From NCBI GenBank assembly GCA_045596125.1, contig JAZOBT010000089.1, positions 1 to 61,921 on the forward strand: DNA of 61,921 nucleotides, given 5' to 3'. This DNA is from Acutalibacteraceae bacterium. GTDB lineage: Bacteria; Bacillota; Clostridia; Oscillospirales; Acutalibacteraceae. Shown in pieces: positions 10,319-19,970 of the stretch. The position numbers and the translations under genes are program-made. Position 1 is the first letter of the stretch. Each line of letters opens with the position of its first letter. Under the pieces are notes generated by a model. It was not told where the DNA came from. It made no database searches and saw only the letters and a program-made list of their open reading frames with translations.

Positions 10319-10555
10319 TCAATCGTCGATCTCAACCGAGATCTTCGCATCCCGGCGGGACGCGGCGGCACGCATAACGGTGCGCATCGCCTTAGCAATG
10401 CGACCCTGCTTGCCGATCACACGGCCCATATCATCCGCCGCCACACGCAAATGGAACACGATGGTGCCATCCGCTTGCGGCTCGTCCTGTGTGACCGTGA
10501 CCGCCGTCGGATCTTCCACCAAACCGCGGGCAATAGTCAACAGCAATTCTTCCAT
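10319..10555 (-). CDS. khpA: small KH-domain RNA-binding protein (YlqC/KhpA type)
   Basis: 78 aa. GRVIGKQGRIAKAMRTV KH motif. Sits between rpsP and rimM. Confidence 0.85.
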   Translation of the reverse strand: MEELLLTIARGLVEDPTAVTVTQDEPQADGTIVFHLRVAADDMGRVIGKQGRIAKAMRTVMRAAASRRDAKISVEIDD

Positions 10556-10581
10556 ATCGTCCTACCTCTTTCGAACGCCGC

Positions 10582-10821
10582 TTATACGCCGGCGTTCTTC
10601 AGCAGAACCTTAACGGTATCGGTGGGCTGAGCGCCGTTGGCGATCCATTTCTTTGCCTTCTCCACATCCACCTTCACCACAGCGGGCTCTTCCAGCGGAT
10701 TGTAGTAACCGATCTCCTCAATGAAACGATCGTCACGGGGATAGCGAGAATCCGCCACTACGATACGATAGAAAGGAGCTTTCTTCGCGCCCATACGGCG
10801 CAGTCTGATCTTTACTGCCAT
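10582..10821 (-). CDS. rpsP: 30S ribosomal protein S16
   Basis: [26 protein letters not shown]. Confidence 0.95.
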   Translation of the reverse strand: MAVKIRLRRMGAKKAPFYRIVVADSRYPRDDRFIEEIGYYNPLEEPAVVKVDVEKAKKWIANGAQPTDTVKVLLKNAGV

Positions 10822-10890
10822 TGTTGGTACCTCCAAAAAATTTGTGTTTATTCTTCAAACTCGACCGCGCACGGTCTGTATTGAATACCC

Positions 10891-12246
10891 TTAAAATCCG
10901 AACGGCATTCCTTTACCGAATCCCATTCCCGGGGGCAACCCGCGCCCGCCTTTTTTACTCATATTCTTCATTTGCTTGATCATTTTGCGCATGGACTCGA
11001 ACTGCTTAAGCAAACGATTGACATCTTCCACGCGCATACCGCAACCCGCGGCGATCCGCCGTTTACGCGACGGGTTAATGATCTCCGGCTTCGCGCGCTC
11101 ACGCTTGGTCATCGACAAGATAATCGCTTCGGTGCGCGCAAACTGCCGCTCATCAATATCCACGTCTTTGAGTTGTTTTCCCATACCGGGGATCATACCC
11201 AAGAGACTTTTGATATCACCCATTTTTTGAATCTGGCGGAACTGGTCAAGCAAATCGTTCATATCGAACTTGTTTTCTTCCAGCTTCTTCGCCAACGCTT
11301 CCGCCTCGCGGTCATCGATCTGCTGTTGCGCTTTCTCAATGAAAGACAGCACATCGCCCATACCCAAAATGCGGGATGCCATCCGTTCGGGGTGGAAAAC
11401 TTCCAGATCATCCAGTTTTTCGCCCGTACCGGCAAATTTCACCGGCTTGCCTGTTACGGCACGCACCGACAACGCCGCACCACCGCGGGTATCGCCATCC
11501 AATTTGGTCAGGATAACACCGCTGATCTCCAGCGTCTCGTTGAACGACTTGGCAACATTCACGGCATCCTGACCCGTCATGGCGTCCACGACCAACAGGA
11601 TCTCCTGCGGTTGCACGGCAGCGCAAACGTTTTTCAGTTCTGTCATCAACTGCTCGTCAATGTGCAAACGGCCCGCGGTATCCAAAATGACATAATCGTT
11701 TCCATAGTCACGCGCGTGTGCAACCGCTTGCTTCGCAATGTCCACAGGATTGGCGGTACCCCGCTCAAACACGGGCACACCCGCCGACTCGCCTACCACC
11801 TGCAACTGCTTGATAGCCGCGGGACGGTAGACGTCACACGCGACCAGCAACGGACGATGCCCTTTGGCTTTGAGCATCTTACCCAGCTTAGCAGAATGGG
11901 TCGTTTTACCGGAACCCTGCAAACCGCACATCATAATCACGCACGGCGGGCGATTGGGACGTGTCAAGTGACTTGCCTCGCCGCCCATCAACTTGGTCAA
12001 CTCTTCATTGACAAGCTTGATCACCATTTGTGCAGGTGTCAGGCTTTCCATCACCTTTTCGCCTACCGCACGCTCCGCAACGGCGGCGGTAAAGTCTTTG
12101 GCGACCTTATAGTTGACATCCGCCTCCAGCAATGCCAAGCGCACCTCGCGCATTGCCTCTTTGACATCCGCTTCGGTGAGCCTGCCTTTATTCTTGAGCC
12201 GCTTAAACGCGGCGGATAATTTTTCGGACAACCCTTCAAATGCCAC
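10891..12246 (-). CDS. ffh: signal recognition particle protein Ffh
   Basis: GLQGSGKTT, DTAGR and TKLDGD GTPase motifs, plus a Met-rich M domain. Confidence 0.97.
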   Translation of the reverse strand: MAFEGLSEKLSAAFKRLKNKGRLTEADVKEAMREVRLALLEADVNYKVAKDFTAAVAERAVGEKVMESLTPAQMVIKLVNEELTKLMGGEASHLTRPNRPPCVIMMCGLQGSGKTTHSAKLGKMLKAKGHRPLLVACDVYRPAAIKQLQVVGESAGVPVFERGTANPVDIAKQAVAHARDYGNDYVILDTAGRLHIDEQLMTELKNVCAAVQPQEILLVVDAMTGQDAVNVAKSFNETLEISGVILTKLDGDTRGGAALSVRAVTGKPVKFAGTGEKLDDLEVFHPERMASRILGMGDVLSFIEKAQQQIDDREAEALAKKLEENKFDMNDLLDQFRQIQKMGDIKSLLGMIPGMGKQLKDVDIDERQFARTEAIILSMTKRERAKPEIINPSRKRRIAAGCGMRVEDVNRLLKQFESMRKMIKQMKNMSKKGGRGLPPGMGFGKGMPFGF

Positions 12247-12250
12247 GGTG

Positions 12251-12616
12251 TTACCTCTCTCTCAGTTGTTCGGCCAAGCCGATGATTCGGCCTGCGTGCT
12301 CGTGGATCTCACAGGAATACTGATGTTGATCGTTCAAAGCACGAATCTCCTGCGCGGCGTTGCAGATGGCATCAAACCCATCGCGCATTTCACGAAAACG
12401 CTCCGCCAAATGCAACCGCTCTTCCATTTCTCGCATTTGTGCTTCCGCCCGCTTCAGCGAATCGCGCACGCCTTGACGGGTGATATTTTGGTTTTCCGCA
12501 ATCTCGGCCAGAGACAGATCTTCCTCGTAATACAGTTCCACCACCTGCCGTTGTTTCTCGGTCAGCATATCCCCGTAAAAATCAAACAACCAGGCAATCC
12601 CCATATCCTTCGGCAT
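12251..12616 (-). CDS. ylxM: YlxM-type putative DNA-binding protein (UPF0122)
   Basis: LFDFYGDMLTEKQRQVVELYYEEDLSLAEIA, immediately upstream of ffh. Confidence 0.85.
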   Translation of the reverse strand: MPKDMGIAWLFDFYGDMLTEKQRQVVELYYEEDLSLAEIAENQNITRQGVRDSLKRAEAQMREMEERLHLAERFREMRDGFDAICNAAQEIRALNDQHQYSCEIHEHAGRIIGLAEQLRER

Positions 12617-12714
12617 CTCTGTCCCCCCTCCGTGTTTTGGTGTAAAGGTTTTTTCTTTACAGGCATTATAGCACACGGTTTTTACCCTGTCAAGTCCCTT
12701 GTTCGATTTTTATA

Positions 12715-12750
12715 AAGTAAAAGCGGTGCCTGCCACCAAGCACCGCTTCT
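12715..12750 (-). terminator. terminator downstream of the racemase gene
   Basis: Minus strand: GAAGCGGTGC-loop-GCACCGCTT followed by TTACTTTAT. Confidence 0.5.
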
Positions 12751-12754
12751 ATCG

Positions 12755-13456
12755 TTATTTTAGAGGATATCCTGCCATTTTCACCGCTGTGCGCGCCAAA
12801 ATATCCGTCGCATCCACCGCATCTGTACCATCAATGCCATACCGTGCAAACGCCACGGGCAACTCCGTACACCCAAGCACAATGCGCTGTGCCCCCGCTT
12901 GACGGAGCGTATCGATCACACGCTCAACCGCCGCCGTATCGTATGTCGGCGCATTGGCTTTGATACCCGCATAGATGAGTTGCATCACAGCGCATTGATC
13001 GTCCCCTTCAGGGCAAACTGTCTCGATCCCGCACGCCAAGAGCTCTTTTTGATACACGTTGGATCGCACCGTCCCGTCGGTTGCCAAAAGCCCCACAAGC
13101 GACACACCCGCCGCCGCGAGTTCTTCGGCGGTAATCCGTATCATATTCACAACAGGAACCGGTGATTGCGCACGGATCTCATCAAAAAAATAATGTGAAG
13201 TGTTACAGGGCAACAATAAGAAGTCAGCCCCCATCGCCGCCAATTTTTTTGCCGACTCCGCGATGTACGGCACGGGCGATTCGCCGCCTTCCAATATCGC
13301 ACGGGTGCGATCGGGAATACCGGTGTGGCAATCGATATACACGCGAATGTGCTCTGCATCGCACGCGGCATCGGTATGCCGAATGATCTTCCCAAACAGG
13401 TCGAGCGTCGCCTCCGGCCCCATACCGCCGATAATGCCGATTGCTTTTTTATCCAT
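12755..13456 (-). CDS. aspartate/glutamate racemase family protein (aspartate racemase-like)
   Basis: IGIIGGMGPEAT, LLPCNTSH and VLGCTELP (two catalytic Cys motifs). Confidence 0.8.
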   Translation of the reverse strand: MDKKAIGIIGGMGPEATLDLFGKIIRHTDAACDAEHIRVYIDCHTGIPDRTRAILEGGESPVPYIAESAKKLAAMGADFLLLPCNTSHYFFDEIRAQSPVPVVNMIRITAEELAAAGVSLVGLLATDGTVRSNVYQKELLACGIETVCPEGDDQCAVMQLIYAGIKANAPTYDTAAVERVIDTLRQAGAQRIVLGCTELPVAFARYGIDGTDAVDATDILARTAVKMAGYPLK

Positions 13457-13613
13457 CTGCCACACCTCCTTTGACTGTTATAGTTTACCACACAACCCGC
13501 TACGATGCAACCGGAAAATTTTTAAAAAAATTACCGCTTAGATCTTGCAATACACTGCATTTTACTTTATACTTAGTAGTACTGTATTTTATGAAAGGAG
13601 GAACACTGTTCAT

Positions 13614-15026
13614 ATGGTTTTCAGCAGCATTGACTTTTTATTTGTGTTCCTCCCCATTTTCTTTACACTATATTACATACTCCCCCAACGCTTCCGCCAT
13701 CCGTGGCTGTTCATTGGCAGCCTTGCTTTCTACGCTTACGGCACTTGGAACCAAAAAATATACATCCTCTTGTTTCTCGCCTCGGCATTGGTCAACTGGT
13801 TTGTCGGGTTGCGCATCACACGCAGTCCTCGCCGTCGCTTGTGGTTGATCGTGGGTCTTGTGTACGACTTCGGATGGTTGTTTGTCTTCAAGTACGCAGG
13901 CTTTTTGTTCTCTTCGGTACAAACGGTGCTGGACAAGGTACTCCCCACATTCGATATCGTATTGCCCGCCGTAGACCTGATTCTCCCCATCGGCATCAGT
14001 TTTTACACATTCCAGATCGTTTCGTACCTCGCGGATGTGTATAAACGTTCCATTGAAGCAGAGGCTTCCCTACTCAAATTATCTAACTATCTGTACATGT
14101 TCCCGCAGCTGATTGCAGGCCCCATCGTCACCTATTCGCATATGCAAAAGCAACTGGACAAGCCGCAACTGTCGCTTGCCCGCGTAGACGAAGGCCTTAA
14201 AGATTTCACCTATGGCTTAGGACTCAAAGTGTTGCTGGCTAACCGTATCGGCTCGCTATGGACGGATATTTCTTCTATCGGGTACGACAGCATCTCCACC
14301 CCGCTCGCGTGGATGGGTATTGTAGCATTCAGCTTACAACTGTATTTTGACTTCTACGGATATTCCTTGATGGCGGTCGGCCTCGGCAAAATGCTGGGCT
14401 ACGACTTCCCCCACAACTTCCACCATCCCTATATGGCACTCAGTATGACGGATTTCTGGCGGCGGTGGCACATCACACTCGGCACTTGGTTCCGCGAATA
14501 TGTGTATATCCCGCTCGGTGGCAACCGCCAAGGAACACTGCGCACCGTACGCAATATGCTGGTAGTGTGGCTCCTGACCGGTTTGTGGCACGGAGCCAGT
14601 TGGAACTTCGTACTGTGGGGCGCGGTACTGTTTGTGCTCCTTATGCTCGAAAAATACGCTATCAAACCCATACTCGAACGTTTCCCCACACTCGGTCACG
14701 CCTATATGTTTTTGGTCATTCCGCTGACGTGGCTCATCTTCGCCATCACCGATTTTTCCGAGATGGGGATCTACTTGGAACGCCTGTTCCCGTTCCTCCC
14801 CGGCGAGCCGATCAACGTGTTTGCGGATGACTGGTTGAAATACGGTAAGATGTACGGTATCCTATTCTTGTTCGGATTCGTGTTCAGCACCGAATGGCCG
14901 GAACGACTGTACCACCGTTACAAAGACACAATTTGGGGCACACTGGTATTACTCGCCATTTTCTGGGGCGCGGTATACTGTCTCTATATGGGCTTAAACG
15001 ATCCGTTTTTATATTTTAGATTTTAG
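13614..15026 (+). CDS. MBOAT-family O-acyltransferase (AlgI/DltB/PatA-like)
   Basis: Polytopic membrane protein. MVFSSIDFLFVFLP N-terminus and FWRRWHITLGTWFREYVYIPLGGN catalytic His region. Confidence 0.88.
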   Translation: MVFSSIDFLFVFLPIFFTLYYILPQRFRHPWLFIGSLAFYAYGTWNQKIYILLFLASALVNWFVGLRITRSPRRRLWLIVGLVYDFGWLFVFKYAGFLFSSVQTVLDKVLPTFDIVLPAVDLILPIGISFYTFQIVSYLADVYKRSIEAEASLLKLSNYLYMFPQLIAGPIVTYSHMQKQLDKPQLSLARVDEGLKDFTYGLGLKVLLANRIGSLWTDISSIGYDSISTPLAWMGIVAFSLQLYFDFYGYSLMAVGLGKMLGYDFPHNFHHPYMALSMTDFWRRWHITLGTWFREYVYIPLGGNRQGTLRTVRNMLVVWLLTGLWHGASWNFVLWGAVLFVLLMLEKYAIKPILERFPTLGHAYMFLVIPLTWLIFAITDFSEMGIYLERLFPFLPGEPINVFADDWLKYGKMYGILFLFGFVFSTEWPERLYHRYKDTIWGTLVLLAIFWGAVYCLYMGLNDPFLYFRF

Positions 15027-15038
15027 GAGGTCTGCCTT

Positions 15039-15878
15039 GTGAAACACTTTGTTCGCTATTCCTTCACATTTTTGCTGATTCTCTCGTGTCTCATTGTGGT
15101 CCCCGCGTGCCAACTCAGCAAAGCAACGTCTTCCGATAATACAAACACGGCAACAACCACCACAACCGCTACTACCACAACGGTAACCACCACGATGACA
15201 ACAACCACGACGACAACCACAACCACGTCTACCACCAAGGTAACGCCGTCGTCGACGACCAAAAAGCCTTCGACAACCACCGGCTCCACCATCCGCCCCG
15301 TCTCCTTCCCGAACACGCTGTTTATCGGTGATTCGCGTTCGGTCGGTCTGGCAGAGTACGGGAAACTGTCCGATGCCACTTTCTTCTGCAGCGTGGGTAT
15401 GAATGCCTATAAGATTTGGAAAGACGCGGTAGATGTCAAGGGCGTCGGTAAAGTAACCTTGGATAAACTGCTGGATCAAAAACAGTTTGAGCGTGTGTAT
15501 ATTATGCTCGGCATCAACGAATTAGGATACGGCTTGGAATCTACCACGCAAAAGTATAAGGATCTGATTACCGGTATTCACGAGAAACAACCCAATGCCA
15601 AAGTGATCATCAACTCCACGTTGCACGTCACCAAGGCTTGTAACGATATCACCAGCGGATCCAAAGCCATCTTTACCAACGCGCGTATCAATGATTTCAA
15701 CAAATTGATCGCCACCTTGGCGGATAATGAACGTGTTTTCTATTTGGATATCAACCCCGCCTTTGACGATGCCAACGGCCATATGACGGCAGAATATGCC
15801 GCCGGCGACGGTATTCACATCAAAGCCAAACATTACTTGCTGTGGCGCGACTATCTGGATACTCAGCGCATCGCTTAA
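15039..15878 (+). CDS. SGNH/GDSL hydrolase-fold lipoprotein with poly-Thr linker (PatB/AlgX-like partner of the MBOAT)
   Basis: GTG after AGGAGG, lipobox VVPAC, about 60 aa of Thr-rich linker, and block I FIGDSRSVG. Confidence 0.8.
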   Translation: MKHFVRYSFTFLLILSCLIVVPACQLSKATSSDNTNTATTTTTATTTTVTTTMTTTTTTTTTTSTTKVTPSSTTKKPSTTTGSTIRPVSFPNTLFIGDSRSVGLAEYGKLSDATFFCSVGMNAYKIWKDAVDVKGVGKVTLDKLLDQKQFERVYIMLGINELGYGLESTTQKYKDLITGIHEKQPNAKVIINSTLHVTKACNDITSGSKAIFTNARINDFNKLIATLADNERVFYLDINPAFDDANGHMTAEYAAGDGIHIKAKHYLLWRDYLDTQRIA

Positions 15879-15894
15879 GAGAGAGGTGATTTCG

Positions 15895-17001
15895 ATGTTA
15901 CAAAATATCTTGCGTGAACGTGATCTGTTGCCTATCCTGCAACTGAATGACGGTACACCCGTAACACGTGAAAACTGGGAGAGACGTCGCGCCGAAATGC
16001 GCAAAGCACTCGAACGGTATTCCTACGGACACACACTCGCCGCCCCCGCCAACGTGCGCGGCGAGGTGGTTGCCGAAGTGCGCAAAGATTACGCAGGTAA
16101 GGTGTTGCAACAAACCGTTGACATTTCATTTGAAACCGAACGCGGTACCTTCACCTTCCCCGTTTATGTGTTTATTCCGTATAAAGTAGAACGCCCCCGT
16201 GTGTTGTTACACCTCGCCTTCCGCAAAGGCGTGCCAAAAGGCAAAGCTCCCATCTTCCAAATACCGGTGGAAGAGCTCACCGACGCTGGGTACGCGTTGG
16301 TGCAACTGGCCTATGGCGACGTGGTCAACGACCGCTTAAACGGCGATTTTTCTGACGGATTAGCCGCCTATTTCGGCGTTACTACTGATCGCGGTCCCGA
16401 AGAATGGGGCAAGATTGGTTTGTGGGCGTATGCCGCCAGTCGCACCTTGGATTACCTTTTCACACGAGACGATATCGACGCGGCACACACCGCCGTCATC
16501 GGCCATTCGCGGTTGGGAAAGACCGCTTTATGGGCGGCCGCGCAGGACGAACGCTTTTGGGCTTGTATCTCCAACAACTCCGGCTATGGCGGTGCAGCTT
16601 CATCTAAACACGGCACAGGCGAGCGTGTGCGCGATTTTCTGCGTGCCGGCAGCTGGGATTGGTACTGTGAAAACTTCAAACAGTTTACCGATGAAAAAGA
16701 GGACCGAAAACCGTACGATCAATCGTGGTTGCTGGCACTGATCGCCCCACGCTATCTGTGCGTCGGTTCAGCGATTGAAGATCGCGGCGCTGACCCGCAA
16801 AGCGAGTTTCTCACGTCGCTATGGGCATCCCAAGCATGGGAATTGCTCGGCGCGAGAGGCCTTATCACCCCCGACCGTATGCCGCAAAGCGGGGATGCGT
16901 TACTCGAGGGAAATGTAGGTTACCACCTGCGTGCCGGTACACACTACTTATGCCGTGAGGATTGGAACACCTATATCCGTTTTCTCAATGCCAAATCATA
17001 A
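15895..17001 (+). CDS. alpha/beta hydrolase, CE15 glucuronoyl-esterase-like
   Basis: GHSRLGKTALWAAA nucleophile-elbow motif. No signal peptide. Confidence 0.6.
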   Translation: MLQNILRERDLLPILQLNDGTPVTRENWERRRAEMRKALERYSYGHTLAAPANVRGEVVAEVRKDYAGKVLQQTVDISFETERGTFTFPVYVFIPYKVERPRVLLHLAFRKGVPKGKAPIFQIPVEELTDAGYALVQLAYGDVVNDRLNGDFSDGLAAYFGVTTDRGPEEWGKIGLWAYAASRTLDYLFTRDDIDAAHTAVIGHSRLGKTALWAAAQDERFWACISNNSGYGGAASSKHGTGERVRDFLRAGSWDWYCENFKQFTDEKEDRKPYDQSWLLALIAPRYLCVGSAIEDRGADPQSEFLTSLWASQAWELLGARGLITPDRMPQSGDALLEGNVGYHLRAGTHYLCREDWNTYIRFLNAKS

Positions 17002-17009
17002 AAAACAAA

Positions 17010-17034
17010 GGTGGCTCCGACGGAGCCGCCTTTT
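17010..17034. terminator. bidirectional hairpin terminator
   Basis: GGTGGCTCC-GACG-GAGCCGCC followed by TTTT, between convergent genes. Confidence 0.6.
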
Positions 17035-17045
17035 CACTTGTTCTG

Positions 17046-17957
17046 TTACATTTCTGCAGGGTACAATCCCTGCTCAGTCATCGATCGAATCGCCGCCGCA
17101 ACGTCTTCTTTATCTGCCGCATACGTCATACCATACCACCGATCATCGGTATGTAACACCGTCGTGGTTGCTGTGCCGTCCACCATCATATCGTTAACCG
17201 ACATCGGAATATAGCATTCGCTCTTGAGCGGATTTTCTTTGGCAGTGGTATCCAAAAACTCTTTAAATCGCCACTGTAACTGGTCGAAGATCTCCACCGG
17301 AAATGCCCACGCATTCATCGACACAGGCGAGTCGGGCGACAACGGTTCAAATGTCGCACCGTCATCTTCCGTAAACATCGGCTTGCCGTCCACCAATTCA
17401 ATATGTGTACGCTCATCGACACCCAGCAGCGTATTTTCCTCGCTGACTTGGCAAACGCCGCGGGAAACATATCCATTTTCGGTCAACGTGTTTTTGAGTA
17501 TATAGGCCGCCATCGCAAATTGCAATTTGTCACCCTTGGGCGGATTCTTCAAGAAATCCGCCAACACGCGGAAACATTTACTGCCGTAAAAATCATCCGC
17601 ATTGATGACCATAAACGATTCTTTAACCACATCACGGCAACACAAAATGGCGTGCGTGGTGCCCCACGGCTTCGCACGCCCTTCAGGCACAGAGTACCCC
17701 TCGGGCAAACGATCCAATTCCTGAAATACGTATTCCACAGGGAACTTTGCCGCAATACGATCGCCGATCAACTCGCGGAAATCTTTCTCAATCGCTTTTT
17801 TGATAACGAAAACGATTTTTCCAAATCCCGCTTGTATCGCATCGTAAATGGAATAATCAATAATCATTTGGCCGTTCGGACCAACCGGTGTCAGTTGTTT
17901 CAACCCACCGAAGCGGCTGCCCATACCCGCTGCCATAATAACCAATGTCGGTTTCAT
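17046..17957 (-). CDS. sugar-phosphate nucleotidyltransferase (NTP_transferase fold)
   Basis: MKPTLVIMAAGMGSRFGGLKQL signature and a VINADDFYG motif. Confidence 0.8.
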   Translation of the reverse strand: MKPTLVIMAAGMGSRFGGLKQLTPVGPNGQMIIDYSIYDAIQAGFGKIVFVIKKAIEKDFRELIGDRIAAKFPVEYVFQELDRLPEGYSVPEGRAKPWGTTHAILCCRDVVKESFMVINADDFYGSKCFRVLADFLKNPPKGDKLQFAMAAYILKNTLTENGYVSRGVCQVSEENTLLGVDERTHIELVDGKPMFTEDDGATFEPLSPDSPVSMNAWAFPVEIFDQLQWRFKEFLDTTAKENPLKSECYIPMSVNDMMVDGTATTTVLHTDDRWYGMTYAADKEDVAAAIRSMTEQGLYPAEM

Positions 17958-18064
17958 AAAAGCACCCTTTCTCTATACTATGCCAAAGAAAAACTTGAAA
18001 AAGCATAAGTAAATCGTTATAATAGGAAACATAGTATTTACTATTATACAAGGGAGGCATCCGT

Positions 18065-19081
18065 ATGTCAATCCTTATCACCGGCGGTTGCGGTTATATC
18101 GGCAGTCACACGTGCGTAGAACTGCTTGTACGCGGCGAAAATATCGTTGTGTTGGATAATTTCTGCAACTCCAATCGTTGTGCGCTCACCCGCATACGCG
18201 AACTATCCGGCAAGGATTTTCCGTTTTATGAGTGCGACATCCGCGATGCCGACGGCCTTCGTCATATCTTTGAAGAGCACCCTATCGATACCGTCATTCA
18301 CTTTGCCGGCCTAAAATCCGTAGGAGAATCGTTGGAAAAACCGTTGAACTATTTCGACAACAACGTCACCGGTTCCTTGGTTCTTCTCCGTGTTATGCGT
18401 GAATTTGGGTGCAAGCGCATCGTGTTCAGCTCCTCTGCCACCGTGTACGGTATGAACAACCCGTCTCCGGTTGCAGAAACGATGCCGATCAGTGCCGTCA
18501 CCAATCCCTATGGGCGCACCAAGTATATGATCGAATGTATTTTACAAGACCTATGCCTTTCGGATAAAGAGTGGTCCGCCGTGCTGTTGCGCTATTTCAA
18601 CCCTGTCGGCGCCCATAAAAGCGGCCGCATCGGCGAAAACCCGAACGGCATTCCCAATAACCTGATGCCGTATATCACACAAGTCGCGATTGGCAAACGA
18701 GCACAATTATCCGTCTTTGGAAACGATTACGACACCCCCGACGGTACAGGCATACGCGATTTCATCCACGTAGTCGATTTGGCACGCGGTCACGTGTGCG
18801 CGGTGGAATATGCCCGCTCCCACACCGGCGCCGAAGCCATCAACCTCGGCACAGGCACGGGCTACAGTGTTTTAGATCTGGTAAAAACCTTTGAACGCGT
18901 CAACGGCGTTTCTATCCCCTACGCCGTCACCCCACGGCGCGCGGGAGATATCGCCGTTTGCTATGCCGATCCTGCCAAAGCCAAAAAATTGCTCGGTTGG
19001 GAAGCGACACTCGGCATTGAGGAAATGTGCCGCGATGCGTGGAAATGGCAATCCGACAACCCCGACGGTTACGAGAAATAA
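18065..19081 (+). CDS. galE: UDP-glucose 4-epimerase
   Basis: ILITGGCGYIGSH Rossmann motif, YGRTKYMIE (YxxxK), 338 aa. Confidence 0.93.
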   Translation: MSILITGGCGYIGSHTCVELLVRGENIVVLDNFCNSNRCALTRIRELSGKDFPFYECDIRDADGLRHIFEEHPIDTVIHFAGLKSVGESLEKPLNYFDNNVTGSLVLLRVMREFGCKRIVFSSSATVYGMNNPSPVAETMPISAVTNPYGRTKYMIECILQDLCLSDKEWSAVLLRYFNPVGAHKSGRIGENPNGIPNNLMPYITQVAIGKRAQLSVFGNDYDTPDGTGIRDFIHVVDLARGHVCAVEYARSHTGAEAINLGTGTGYSVLDLVKTFERVNGVSIPYAVTPRRAGDIAVCYADPAKAKKLLGWEATLGIEEMCRDAWKWQSDNPDGYEK

Positions 19082-19086
19082 CACGA

Positions 19087-19122
19087 AAAACCGACACGCT
19101 TAGGCGTCGTCGGTTCTTTTTT
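19087..19122 (+). terminator. galE terminator (overlaps the ttcA-like 3' end)
   Basis: AACCGACACGC-TTAG-GCGTCGTCGGTT followed by CTTTTTT. Confidence 0.6.
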
Positions 19123-19849
19123 CATAGGGCGCCCACCCGTTCAATCCTGCTTTTTGCATCGCCTGCGTGATCTTCTCGCTGACATCCCCGTACTGCGGTT
19201 TTAACTCCGCAATCCAGTCTTTCATCCGCTGGCGGTTGGTGCATCCGTCCACGGGACAACGTGATGCCACCACCGGTAGGCTTTCTCGCTTAATGTACGC
19301 TTCAATCTCGCGTTCCTGCAAAAACACCATCGGGCGAATCAGCGTGATATCCCGTCGGTCCAAATAACTATTGGGCGCAAAACAATCAAATGTCGCTCCT
19401 GATAATAAACTCATAAGCAACGTTTCCGCGGCATCGTCTTGATGATGCCCGAGCGCCACGGTGCGACATCCCAACTCCACCGCCGCGCGGTGTAACGCGC
19501 CGCGCCGCAATCGTGCGCATAGACTGCACGGCGTTTGTCCTGTCTGCTTTTCCTGCACCACTTGCCACAATTGCGTACGCCGTATGGTATACGGCACTTC
19601 CAACCGCTCGCACAGTTCCTCGATGGCACGGTAATCGGTTTCTTCCCCGTTAAAGCAAGGGTCCAGCGTAATGGCGTGCAATGTAAAACGGTGAGGGTAA
19701 AACCGCCGTAATTGCGCCAAAAGCGACAATAACGCCACGCTGTCTTTGCCGCCGGATACACCCACCGCAACGGCATCTCCATCGTGGATCATATCGTATT
19801 GGTCCACCGCCGCCCGCAGTACCGACAACAATTCCCGTCTGCCCGCCAT
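19100..19849 (-). CDS. ttcA: PP-loop ATPase, tRNA 2-thiocytidine synthase TtcA-like
   Basis: VGVSGGKDS PP-loop, CSLCARLRRG and GHHQDD motifs. Confidence 0.8.
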   Translation of the reverse strand: MAGRRELLSVLRAAVDQYDMIHDGDAVAVGVSGGKDSVALLSLLAQLRRFYPHRFTLHAITLDPCFNGEETDYRAIEELCERLEVPYTIRRTQLWQVVQEKQTGQTPCSLCARLRRGALHRAAVELGCRTVALGHHQDDAAETLLMSLLSGATFDCFAPNSYLDRRDITLIRPMVFLQEREIEAYIKRESLPVVASRCPVDGCTNRQRMKDWIAELKPQYGDVSEKITQAMQKAGLNGWAPYEKRTDDA

Positions 19850-19970
19850 CTCTGCACCCCCTCAACTTGTTTTATAATAACACACTCCCGCCATAGATGC
19901 AAACAAAAACCGTTTCTTATATAGCAGGTTGTTATAAAGATTTCTTGCAACAAAATGTAATCAAAATATC

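Noticed and set aside
10972-12219. 415-aa plus-strand ORF antisense to ffh. Similar cases are 29247-31301 antisense to nrdD, 48713-50002 antisense to recA, 49800-51074, and 21943-22740 antisense to glmM.
   Set aside because: These are typical GC-rich mirror-frame ORFs. They have no RBS, their composition is Arg/His/Leu-heavy low-information sequence, and each completely overlaps a highly conserved gene on the other strand.
15056-15479. Minus-strand ORFs antisense to the poly-Thr linker of the SGNH lipoprotein
   Set aside because: This is a low-complexity mirror of the ACC/ACA repeat (poly-Val/Gly), inside a well-supported gene.
19876-19913. Direct repeat with 21268-21293 flanking the methyltransferase islet (CTCCCGCCATAGATGCAAAC... 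versus CTCGCCATAGGCGAATAAAA...)
   Set aside because: Similarity rests on a 7-mer (GCCATAG) plus scattered matches. The left copy is better explained as the ttcA-like promoter (TTGCAT, 17 nt, TATTAT on the minus strand).
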